Position numbers and translations under genes: made by a program. A stretch of DNA of 64,000 nt from Bilabrum cf. latius (lineage: Eukaryota), in NCBI GenBank assembly GCA_965178125.1, contig OZ237758.1, positions 1-64,000 on the forward strand. Direction: 5' to 3'. The notes beneath the pieces are model-generated. The model did not search any database. It had not been told where the DNA came from and saw only the letters and a list, made by a program, of their open reading frames with translations. Below, in pieces: positions 34,642 through 45,151 of the stretch (its first letter is position 1; each line of letters begins with the position of its first letter).

Positions 34642-35640
34642 ATGCGTATGCTACTACTCGCGTGCTACACTGCGCTAGCTACGGTACTGGCCGCTCAAGA
34701 AACCGCCGTTGCGGAACTGGTTGCAAAGACCATTTTGAAGCAGCACATGGCAAGCACAGAGAGAGTTGACCGCGATTAGTTCTTAGCTCATCTATGGAGT
34801 ACAGGTATCATGCGAATACGAGCTGAGTCCCTGTGCGAAGCAACTGCACAAGTGCCTCATGGACCGCAAGTGCTACCTTCGTGCGACAAGTGGATGTCAG
34901 AATCGGCGATGCACGAGGCGGCAGCCGAGCTCACAGATATACTACTGCAGCAGCATACATTAGCCATGCATTCGAGATCCGTGGCTATGGAGCGAGGGTT
35001 GCTGGGTGATGTTGGAGCATGCCCCTCTGCCTGGTTCACCCATTGGCAGCAGGCCTCTGGGATGTGGGACAGGCTGAGGGCCGAGTACCCTGAGCACATG
35101 GCGATACTGCTCATGATCGTGAAGCGATCCGTTGGGCTATACATGGCTTCTGCTGGGGGCTCCAATCCGTTCGCAGCTGGCACAGGGAAGGGGTCTCCAG
35201 CGGTGCATCTATCTGCATCGGTGCACGCCAACTGCAGCGCGGGGCACAGCTACGGAGACAGGCAGGCGGGCGTGAGCGGGTCCATGGGTCTATCCCTAGG
35301 CATTGCCAGTGGCAGACTGGGCCTTCTGGACCCTCGCGGACCGAATACCCCCTTCGATGCAGACGCGGTCGGTTTCGCGCTGTCCGGCGGCGAGCTGCTT
35401 CTCTTCCCGAGCTACATGCAGAGAGAGGTGCTGCCCACCGCGGGGGACGGCGAGTACAGGGTGTCCGTTGAGTTCAATGTGCCTCTGGAGGAGAGATAGT
35501 AGGCTGACAGAGTCATGCGGCGGCATGTTTGGACCAAGGTGCAAGCGGGGACTGGCAGCAGACAGACGGGCGCCACGAACGAAGCCATCCTCGCACCCAC
35601 CCTGTGCTCCGATGCAAAGTGCCCTCCGTTGCTGTAGTAA
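34642..35640 (+). CDS. Putative secreted 2OG-Fe(II) oxygenase-like protein (TIGR02466-like), possibly degenerate
   Basis: Hydrophobic N-terminus; GRLGLLDPRG and GELLLFPSYMQREVLP...RVSVEFNV; 4 TAG; ends TAG-TAA at 35635-35640. Confidence 0.55.
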
Positions 35641-35903
35641 CTTGCACTGCTATCGCAATCCGCGCCCGACGAAATTGGACCTGCAAGCCGTCCTCACTTT
35701 CTCCCACAATGATTGCTGCCGTCAATGCAATCCCAGTTCACGTTGTCTCACATGCCGTCCCTTCGGAAGGTGCAACGCACGATTGTGCTAGCAAGGTTCA
35801 CTTTTGCTGGCCCTACATTACTTTCAAAGCTAGCCTAAGATAGAAGTCCGTCGATTGTCGGACTTCCATCTCTCCTATTGCGGAAGCGCCGACGTGGTGC
35901 GCG

Positions 35904-37418
35904 ATGAAGCAGTCTGCATCGGCAAGTGTCGAAGCGTCGGAGCCCAAAAAGTGGCACGAGGGCTTGCCATGGAGGCGAATCATACGAAGGTTGAAAGACG
36001 CCACCCATCCGATGACACCTGTTACTGGTCCAACGTAGCAGGAGGGTCGCCAGGAAGCAAGTGGAGGACAGGTCTGGACAAAGGACGACATCGACGCATC
36101 GCAGAGAACGGCAGCGACGAAGTCGTTTTTGGTCTCCAAGGTCAAGCAAATGAATGCGACACAGGCTAAACTGTACCAGTAGCGTGCTGGATCGTTCTGG
36201 GAGAAGTTTTACAGGTCGAATGAGGACCGATTCTTTCTGGACAGGCACTACTTGCACCGGGACTTCGCCGCGGACTTCAGCCCGGCGGTCAAGAAGGAAA
36301 CTTGGCTGCTCGAGTTGGGATGTGGAACCGGTGCCAGCGTTCTGCCGCTGCTAGCCAAGCTGCCGATGCTGCACGTCTGCGCGTGCGACCTCTCCCGGAC
36401 GGCCATTCGGTTGCTCAACAAGAGCATCGAGGAGGGGGAGCACTCGGCTCGTGCCGCTGGGTTCGTAGCAGATGCCTGCTGCCCGAGCCCGCCCCCGAGG
36501 CTGCGGTCCGTTGCCCAACCCGATACGCCATTATGCACCGTTCGGGCCGGGCCAGAACCAGCAGCGGCGCCGGCAGCAGCAGACCCGGAGGACATCCCAG
36601 CCTGGGCGCAGGCCCGCGTGCATTCGCGCGGGGGCTTCGACAGCGTGCTCATGCTCTTCATGCTGTCGGCCATGGCGCCGCCGCCCGCCCCCTTTCACCG
36701 GCGAGCCTTCCAGCTGGCCGCCCAGAGCCTGCGGCCCGGGGGCACCCTCCTGTTCCGGGACTACGGGGAGCTGGACGCCGCTGAGCTGCGCTTCGCGCCG
36801 GGTCACCAGCTGGCGGAGCACCTCTTCGTAAGGCGGGACGGCACACAGGCGTATTTCTTCGGGGAGGAAGAGCTCCGGGGGCTGGCCCGGGAGGCAGGGC
36901 TGGAGGTGCTCGAGTGCTCGCTCCTGAGGCGCAGGTACGTGAACAGGAGCGAGGGCGCCACTCTGAGGCGAGTGTTCGCCCATGCCAGGTTCAGGAAACC
37001 GAGGGCCAGCGGGGGAACAGCCTCGGCACCTGCTGCGACTCGCTTGCACGACCGCGCTATGCTTCGACAGATGGGAGCGCTGTCTCTTCCGCCGGCCCGG
37101 CACGGTAGAGCACGGGCTGGGGCTGCCAGCGGGAGTGGCAGCAGTCCTGCCAGCCCTTGGGATGTGCTTGATGCCCGAGCTAAGGCAGACTCTGGGGACC
37201 TGGCTGGCAGGAGTGGAGCTGGCGAGTGCGCAGCTGCCTCAGGCACCACCAGCGGCAGCCCCGGCTGGCTTGCAGCGGCCCAGGATAGGGCCGCTGAGGC
37301 GTCGGCTGCCTGCGAGACACATCCGCTGGAGCGAGCCAGAGGGCTTTTGCTGGATCTCGCAGCTGTAGTGTCGGGCAGGCGGTTACGCTCTACTCCACAG
37401 AGCGGGAGCGTCGCATGA
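35904..37418 (+). CDS. tRNA m3C methyltransferase, METTL2/METTL6/Trm140 family
   Basis: Q*RAGSFWEKFYRSNEDRFFLDRHYLHRDF, LLELGCGTG, ACDLS, FMLSA, LRPGG.LLFRDYG, RRDGTQAYFF; 2 TAG; start uncertain. Confidence 0.87.
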
Positions 37419-37473
37419 CTCTACGTGCTTGGCACTCGCACACCATCCTGCCAGCTCGACTCCACCCAGGTGC

Positions 37474-38169
37474 TCACACCACGTCTGCCAGCTTGATTCC
37501 TAGCCGGGTGCACACATTGTCACGCTCGTCTTCGTCCTCGAACTGCTCCAGCAGCAGCTTGAAGGAGCTCCCGTCCATGAGGGCCCCGTGCAGCAGCACA
37601 GCCGCCTCGACCTTGTCGAAGGGACTCAGCCTCCCGATGTCCTGCAGGATCTCGGCCCCCTGTCTGGCGTCGAAGCGACGACTCACCGCGAGGGTGCGCA
37701 GCCGGTCCAGCGCCTCGTCCCCGTCCTCCTCGAGAGCCGCCCGCACCGCGGCCATCTCCGCCTCGGTGAGACCCACCTGCTGCATGTCCCGCATCAGGGC
37801 CAGAACCGCGCGCATTATTCCGGCCTCGATGTCACGCGCGTTAGGGGTATCCAGGATGATCAGAGTGCTAGCTGTGGATGCCATGGCATCAGGGGCTGAA
37901 CCAGACCCACTAGTACTACCTGCTGATGGCTCTGCTGCTGCCGCGGTCGGCTTCCGGTCGGAAGCCGTTGGAGAGTCCGTGGGGCCGGACTCACCTGCAG
38001 CATCGCCACTCGCAGAGCCAGTACCATCGGCCTTGTCACGTGCCTCTCCTTTGGTTTGCATCGAAGCACCTTCAGGGCTACTTTGATCGGAGCGTGGTCC
38101 CTTAGTCGCACGGTTTAAGTCGTCAAAAACTCGAAACGCGAAAGCACCATCTGTAGACCCCCAGCTCAT
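37474..38169 (-). CDS. Hypothetical protein, C-terminal helical domain possibly DUF4476-like
   Basis: 231-aa ORF, ATG to TGA; ...SPFDKVEAAVLLHGALMDGSSFKLLLEQFEDEDERDNV. Confidence 0.55.
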   Translation of the reverse strand: MSWGSTDGAFAFRVFDDLNRATKGPRSDQSSPEGASMQTKGEARDKADGTGSASGDAAGESGPTDSPTASDRKPTAAAAEPSAGSTSGSGSAPDAMASTASTLIILDTPNARDIEAGIMRAVLALMRDMQQVGLTEAEMAAVRAALEEDGDEALDRLRTLAVSRRFDARQGAEILQDIGRLSPFDKVEAAVLLHGALMDGSSFKLLLEQFEDEDERDNVCTRLGIKLADVV

Positions 38170-38567
38170 GATTGTGAAGTATGGAAAGGTTCGCAGAACC
38201 TATCTTGTGTCTCCTGCAAGCAAAACCATGCTTTCCAATTCGAACCGCGCCTATACCAACTTCGGAAGGCCCAGAACGGCCGAGCCTGCAATCTTTACTC
38301 CTTTTACTTCGAACTCCTCGCAACCGTCCTCTGGCAGCGGTCTCTTCGCTGGCTCAGATGAGGCACCAGAGCCTCGTGCGCCAGCAGAAGACGTCGACTG
38401 GCCCATATCCTATTCTTTTTAGATAATGCTAGGGTCGAACAGCGAACGGCAGGGTTTAGGTTCGTTTTCCAACCGACGAAGGTTCGCTGTGGCGCAGTAT
38501 CCAAGAAATCAACTCGCTGCCACAATCTTCCCCCAATCTGGGGAATTCAGGCCATTTTGTGTGTAAG

Positions 38568-41500
38568 ATGGGCCTAGGATTCTCTAGCAGTAGCGGTGCT
38601 CCTTTGAGTGGCACTGGGGAGGCGACACAGAATCTTGAGCGCGTTGTCAGTTCCACGCCTGTCGCGTTGGATGATGAAGCCTGGGTAAACGTGCTTGGGG
38701 GTTCCTCTATCGCACCATCGATTTCAGACGCATACACTGGAGATTCTCACGACTTGATCGAGCTGGCGAAGCACGCTGTGAGGCACAACACGGTGTCGCG
38801 AAACGTAAACACGTTGATGGCCCACCTGGTGGTTCGCATGCGGAATGCTCGGGCCTCATCGCACCTAGATCGGCGAGCGACCGAAAGATGTGTTATGTTG
38901 GCTGAAGCGGTGTCTCGCGCGGCCCTCATGGAGTCAGAGGCCCTGACTTTTTTCCAGCAACTGGCCACTGGGCCGAATCCGGCTCGGGCGCCCGACGCAA
39001 GCCTGCTGCAGAGGGGCGGCCAGGACGTGCTCGCGGCGCTATTTGACTATGTTGGTAGCCGGGTGTCACTCAAGACGCATTACGACCTGAAGGTTCGTGT
39101 GTCTTCGCTGCTCCTGGTGCTGTTCAGCTCGCAGCTGCTGCAGCCTGACGTGGACCCCGCGCTGGAGGAGGACCCCTTCATCGCTGCTGCCCTGGCAGTG
39201 GGGAGGGGGGCCAATCCATTATCGCTGCAGGCCGCAACTGACAGTGGTGCAGCTGCCAGTCGCGACTCCGAGGGGCGGGAGGCCCGGGCAGCTGCAGCCA
39301 GAGCCCAGAGGGCGAGGGTGCGGCTGGTGCTGCCCCGCGGGGAGGCAGACGCGGGAACGAAGAAAGCAGAGGCAGCGCCAGCTGGTGGACAAAGGGGTGG
39401 TGAGGAGGGCGATGCGGGCTCACGGCCACCCCCCGCGCCCACGCCCTGGCGCGTGTCCAGCCGAGCTGCGTGCGTTGTGTCTGCCCTGCTCTCAGAGGCG
39501 CTGGCCCCCAGCGCGCCCGGCCCGCCGTCCGACTCGCAGTGCATCCCCGCCGCCCGATCGTCCAGCTAGGTCCTCCCTACGAGGGCCAGAGAGGCACTCA
39601 GACGCAGGGACGCGCGGCTGCAGGCACTGCGCAGCGCACGGCAGAGGGCGCGCCCGAGGGGCGAGGCGGGCGAGAGCTCGGCCTCAGGGGCTGGGGAACA
39701 GCAGGGTGCGAAGGGCGGCGAGGTGGGCTCGGGCGGGCTCCTGGAGGCGAGCGGATACGTGCTTGATGCCATCGAGGGTGCTGCGTGGGGACTGGTGGAT
39801 GCGCCCTTCGCCGTAGCAAGGGTGATCGCCGGCGGGCTTGGGGCCTGGCGGGGGTCAGAGGGAGCGGCGGTGTCTGCGGTGGCCAGAGATGGCTCCACAG
39901 GGCTGTCGGCCGCTGCCAGCAAGCTGATGCAGCCTCTCCCGTTGCGGGCCCAGCTGGTGCTGCTGCTACTCGTGCACAACGTTGGCGCAGGGGGGCCCGG
40001 CACCAACCCATTCGCCGCTGCAGTCGCCTCTCTTCGCGATGTGCGGTACTTGGACGACCGAGAGGAGGAAGATGAGGAGGGTGCAGCCGCTGCTGGATCA
40101 AAAACGGCTGCTTCCAGCGGTGCGGAAGACGTCTCTGCGGGCACTTCTGTGGCCGCATCCCACGATCTGGTGGCAGACTTTGGCCGCTTGTTCGATGCGC
40201 TGGTGCCAGCAGTGGAGACTCCACTCGGCCCCGTTCTGTTGTACACGCTGCTGACGCTGAGCCCTCGGTTCAAGGCGTTTTGCCTGGCCCGCAGCGACCT
40301 GTCCCTGCTGCTGGGTCCTCTCTGCAAGCAGCTGTCGTACCCGGTGCAGCTGCGCACGGGGGAGCTCTACGTGCTGGTGGTGCTCGTGCTGCGGCTGACA
40401 GAGGACCAGGGCGTGTGCTCCTCGCTGCATGCCATACCAGACACGGTGCACCAGGCCCAGCAGGAGGCCATGGGAAAGTTTGCGCATGCCGGCCACGGTC
40501 AGCAGGGAGCAGACAGCGGTGCCGCTTCGGCATCCGTGCAGCCCGCCGACAGGGACGCTGCAGACGCCGAAGCAGGTTTGGGGGCGGCGGCAGGCACCAG
40601 TAGCGAAGGAGCCGCGGTGTCCCAGCAGTCCACTCCCCCCGTGGGTGGGCAGCTCATCCCCAAGGTCCCATGGTACACGGATCGCGTGCTGCAGGACGTG
40701 TCCCCGGGCTCACTGCTGCTGCTCGCCCTGCTGCGGGCAGCGCACCACAACGCCGCCGCCCGCACAGATGCATTTCTAGCGACGCACCTGCTGGCAGCAG
40801 CCTCCAACATGGGCCCGCATGTGGCTGGCCTGCACCCTTTCGCGGCAGACCGGGCCTCTCGGTTCCTCAAGACGCTGTGCAGACGGGCAGGGGAGGCGAG
40901 GGAAGTCATCCTGGCCCGCATGCGAGCCGAGGCAGTACCGGGGGACGGGGCGCAGGAGGCCCTCGAGGCCGCGCCCAGTGTGTCAGCGGCCCGGTCCGCG
41001 GCCGAGGATCTGCTCTTCCTCCTGCCACAGATGAGGGAGCTGGCGGCTCTGCTGCGGCTGCTGCTGCGGCCCTCGAGGGCCAGATTCAATCTCCCGGCGG
41101 GGTATGCGCTGCTGTACACGGACAGCTGGTGGGGAGGCGTGCTACCCGTGGGCTGCGAGGACGGAGGTGCCGTGGTGCTAGAGCAGAGCGGCGAGGGCGC
41201 AACGGAGGAGGCGCGTGAGGGCGGGGAGGGCGAGGCACCGGCACGGGAGGAGGTGAGGGAGCGGCTGCCGCAGGAGCTGGAGCCACTGTGGCGCGCCTCA
41301 TCCGGGCAGGTGGCGGCGCTCTTCCGCACCGTCCACGTATTCCGTTTGGCGGTGGAGCGCACGCACGATGCGGGCGCTGGAGCTGCTGCCAGCGGCGGGT
41401 CCGGCGGGTCAGAAGCCGCGAAGGATGGCGCAGAGGCCCCCGCGGCGGTGTCCCAGCCGAGGCGCTTCCTCACCGAGGCAGAGGTGAACGAAGCGCTGCT

Positions 41501-42044
41501 GGGAGCCGCTGTGCGCATGGCGAGGGCAGGCAGCGAGGAGGCGGGGCTGCCGAGGGGTGCAGCTGACCTGGGGCTGCCCGCGGTGGTGGAAGAAGCAGCA
41601 AGGCAGGCGGGCCCTGTGCGAGCACAGCACTTTGCATACGCCGCCAAGGATGACCCTGAGCAGTTTTACGTGCCCTTTGTCTGGGAAGCGGTGGCCGAAT
41701 CGACTCCGGACCTGGGGTGGGTCGATCTGGGCAGTGAGGGAGCGAGCGGGCAGGAGGCTGCGATAGGGGGCGGGGATGCCGAAGGGGGCGGGGATGCGGT
41801 GCAGCTAATCGACCTGTCTGACCTGGGCCTGCACCCCAGTCGCAAGGTGGTCGCGCAGGAGGAGCCGGGGGCGGGGGGAGGTGCGCTGCAGGCCCAGGCG
41901 GCCAGGGAAGCCAGCCAGGCAGCCGGTGCGGCTGCGGGAGGGGCAGCCGCGGCTGCAGTGGCGGACGACGTGCCCGAGGGGGGCTCCGGGGAGGAACGAG
42001 GCGACGGCGAGCAATCGCAAGGGGCTGTTGCAGAGGGCGTGTGA
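38568..42044 (+). CDS. DYM: Dymeclin
   Basis: N-terminal MG; LLYTLL...F..F.LARSDL, VPWYTDRVLQDVSPGSLLLL, DAFLATHLLAAASNM...LHPFAADR, PEQFYVPFVW; single TAG at 39567 joins two ORFs. Confidence 0.88.
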
Positions 42045-42157
42045 GGACCACCTGTTTTCCAGCGGGGTGTTGAGAACCGTCGTGTTATGAGACTAACTGT
42101 TTTGTATTCGTGCTTGTGTACTGCAACTCTGCCAGGGGAGCACCATGGCGGGCCGCG

Positions 42158-43735
42158 TCAGCCCTTTGCACCTGCCGCTTCCCTGGTAGCACGCAGCTGC
42201 TGCTAAATCTCACGGAATCTCGCTCTACAACCCGATGCAGTCTGCCCCTGCACGTCCTCTGCAATGGCGCGCCACAGCTGCTTCCCACTGAGTCCTGCCG
42301 CCCGGTGCTTCCGCAAGCCGGCCTCGAGCTGCTTCTGCTGCGTGACGGTCCACACAGCAGGGAAGGGCGAGCTGGAGCCGGCGGTCGCAGTGGATTGGGC
42401 AGTTGAGGCAGCAGTAGCGGCAGTAGCGGCAGAAGCGACTGAGGCGCGGGAGGGGGCTGAGGCGGTGCTGCCGCTGCTGCTGCCACGCACAGACCCACCA
42501 CCAGTGGTCAACTCTCCCTCTGCGGTGCCAGTACCAGCGCCTGCGGTCGCCCCAGTTGCCAGTCGCAGCGATTGTGGCGGCGGGCCGCGCTCATCCCCAG
42601 GAACCGGAGTTGCAGTGGCAGCCCCCTTCCCTCTCCGCACGGTGGCCTGCAGTCGGTCCGCATACCGGGCGCAGTCCTTCGTGGAGCGCGCCCCTGGGAG
42701 CCCAGCCGCTGCCCGCGCGTCGTTCACGGCAGCCGCCACCCTCCTCCACCGCTCCCGGCTGCCCCCCGGGTGCTTGCCCAGCGCCTTGAGGAGAGCCCTG
42801 GACTCGACCTGCACCCATGCACCCACTGCGGCACTGCCATGCGATGCACCGCCCTCACCTTCTTTGTCCGCACTCCCGCCTCGCGCCGCCCCCCGGCTCC
42901 CCCTCCCCTTGCTCCCCCCACCCCGCTGGGAAGACAGGGCCTCTGCTTGCCTCGCTCGGTCCTCTTCGGCCGCTGCCTGTGCCGCGAGCTGAGCCGCCTT
43001 TTCCCTTCGGCGCTGGGCGGCCTCTACGCGACGCTGCTGCTCGGCTCTGTCCTCTTCTCTGCGCCGCTTTCTCTCCTCTTTCTCTTTCTGGCCTTGCTGC
43101 TTAGCCCGGCGGATCGCAGCTGCCTTGGCTGCCGCTGCGGCAGCGGCTTCCTCTCGTCGCTTGGCTACCGCCTTGGCGCGACGCTCAGCTTCGACCTGCT
43201 CCGATGCGTTGCCATTAAAATACACCCACGCCACTGGGCAGATTGGGATTAGCAGCATGAGGGCAGCGCCAAGCCAAGCCAGCGGAGTGTCTTGCACCTC
43301 TGGTGTAACCCCATGGGCCTGCCAAGCATCCTAGAAGTTCGAATACCGCGGCCGCCGACCCGCTGAGCCTGTACTTGGATCGCCCCCAGGAATACACGCA
43401 GCATGGGTTCCTTCGTCACATTGCGATCGCTGCTCTTGATCTGAGAGTACCTCATAAGCAGCGGCGAGCTCCATAAATCGTAGCTCGAAATCAGCCTTTT
43501 CCGAAGCGATACTGTCCAACTCTTCCTAACTTGCACCCTTCGAGGCCTTGGGAGCCTTGTCTGGGTGATACTACAAGGCTAGCTTCCGGTATGCTTTGCG
43601 TATGGCGGAGGAGGTTGCCCCTTTATCAAGGCCAAGCACATCATACGGACTTTTCCATTCAGCTGACGCTACGCTTCCAATTAATACCAGACAAATAGCT
43701 GGAAGCACGTAGTACAATACAGTACGGTGAGCCAT
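42158..43735 (-). CDS. ER-type J-domain protein with TM and two SANT/Myb-like domains (DNAJC1-like)
   Basis: Signal peptide; PYDVLGL...IRKAYRKLAL*YHPDK...AYEVLSD; TM; W...E...L..AL.KHP...ERW..VA and WTVTQQKQLEAGL...W.AIA..V.G; 4 TAG; TGA at 42158. Confidence 0.85.
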
Positions 43736-43769
43736 CCAATTCAAACTTGCGTTTTTCGAAGACCAATTA

Positions 43770-43789
43770 AGCGCTACAGTGCAGTGCAA
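43770..43789. promoter_or_regulatory. Candidate promoter motif AGCGCTACAGTGCAGTGCAA (copy 1)
   Basis: Identical 20-mer at 55933-55952; both copies lie in divergent intergenic regions just upstream of a minus-strand ATG. Confidence 0.35.
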
Positions 43790-44126
43790 GTCATGCATTG
43801 CACTGTAATGCTTTATTGGTCCACGGCGGCTTCAACAGAGCCCCGTTTGATAATCATGGAGTGCATCCATAGCCGAAGCGACTGCGGAGTAGGATCATGC
43901 GCAGTCACAGTTTACATTCCAAAAGGTACAAGCAGGGACGAAGATACGCTTCGTTTTGAATGGCCACTTGACACTATAGAATCTCCATCCACACAAGAGT
44001 GAGCCCACTGGCCAAATCCTTGGTCCGTGCTTTTCAACAATTAATATATGATTTGTCTATGTGGCGGTTCCATTGCTTGGTATTCGCAGGTTTACCGCAT
44101 ATCTTCAAGGCGTGTACAAGCTTACC

Positions 44127-44725
44127 ATGGATGAGTGCGCAAAGATAAATGCAGATATCCAAGCACAGATACACGATTTTGTAGTATCTACTGTACAAGC
44201 AGCAAGCCGAGGCGATGGCATCTATCCTGTTGTGCCGAGCTCGACACCAGCCACTCCTGGGACCTTGGCTGAAGAGAGGTATGTAGCGATGCGAAGTGAC
44301 GATGCTAGAGCACACGCTACAAAGGCAGATCAAAGTCCTGCAACTGCTGGCTCTGGTGCGTCAAGGCGAGTGCTGCTGTGCCCGATGTGTGGTCAGGCTC
44401 TGCCTCGCCTCGCTGTCCTCCGAGCCCGCGGGAGTCGATGCAGCTCGTGCGGCACAGAGGTGCTCGCAGCGCGGCTCTCTGCTGCGGCCCAGGCTGCCGC
44501 CGTCGTGGAGGACAGGGTGGCGGCCGTGCCTGAAGATGATGAATCCACGAGACCGCATAGCAAGCTGAGCGACTGGACGGCACCATCCCTGCCGCCGGAC
44601 TCGCGCACTGGCACCACTAGCAGCAGCAGCACCGGCAGCGGGCAGGCCGGCACCGGAACGGGACCCAAGGGAGGTATAGCTGGCAGTGGCTCGGCAGGGG
44701 GCGTGTCAGCTGCAGGAGGGGCAGC

Positions 44726-44761
<36 letters not shown>

Positions 44762-45077
44762 TGGAGGGGCGGAAGACGACCTGGATGCGCTGGAGGCCAA
44801 GGTCAGCGAGGTACTTGCTCGGTGCTCGTCCTCGCAGCAGGAACACCTCCGGCAGGCGGCCCAGTCGAGCGCGCAGCAGCAGATCCTGGAAGTCATGCTC
44901 AAGAGCGGGGGCGAGGCGGCCGCGGCAGCCGCTGCTGACCCTCAGACTTGGGTTCGGCTCATGGAGAGTCCCCAGTGGAAGTTCCTCTACTCGCAGGCGC
45001 TGCTGGCTGAGCACGCGCAGATCGGCGCTGCAGGGTCCGACAATGCGGGCGCATCTGGTAGTGCAGGAGCATCTTGA
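44127..45077 (+). CDS. Hypothetical protein with CxxC...CxxC zinc-ribbon motif
   Basis: Open frame with CPMCG...RCSSCG and a poly-Ser tract; TGA stop. Confidence 0.55.
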
Positions 45078-45151
45078 TGCCGCCACCGGTGGATTCGGAT
45101 CTCGAACGCGCTGGACCCTCTAGGCCTATCCAGATACGCCCATCGCTCACG

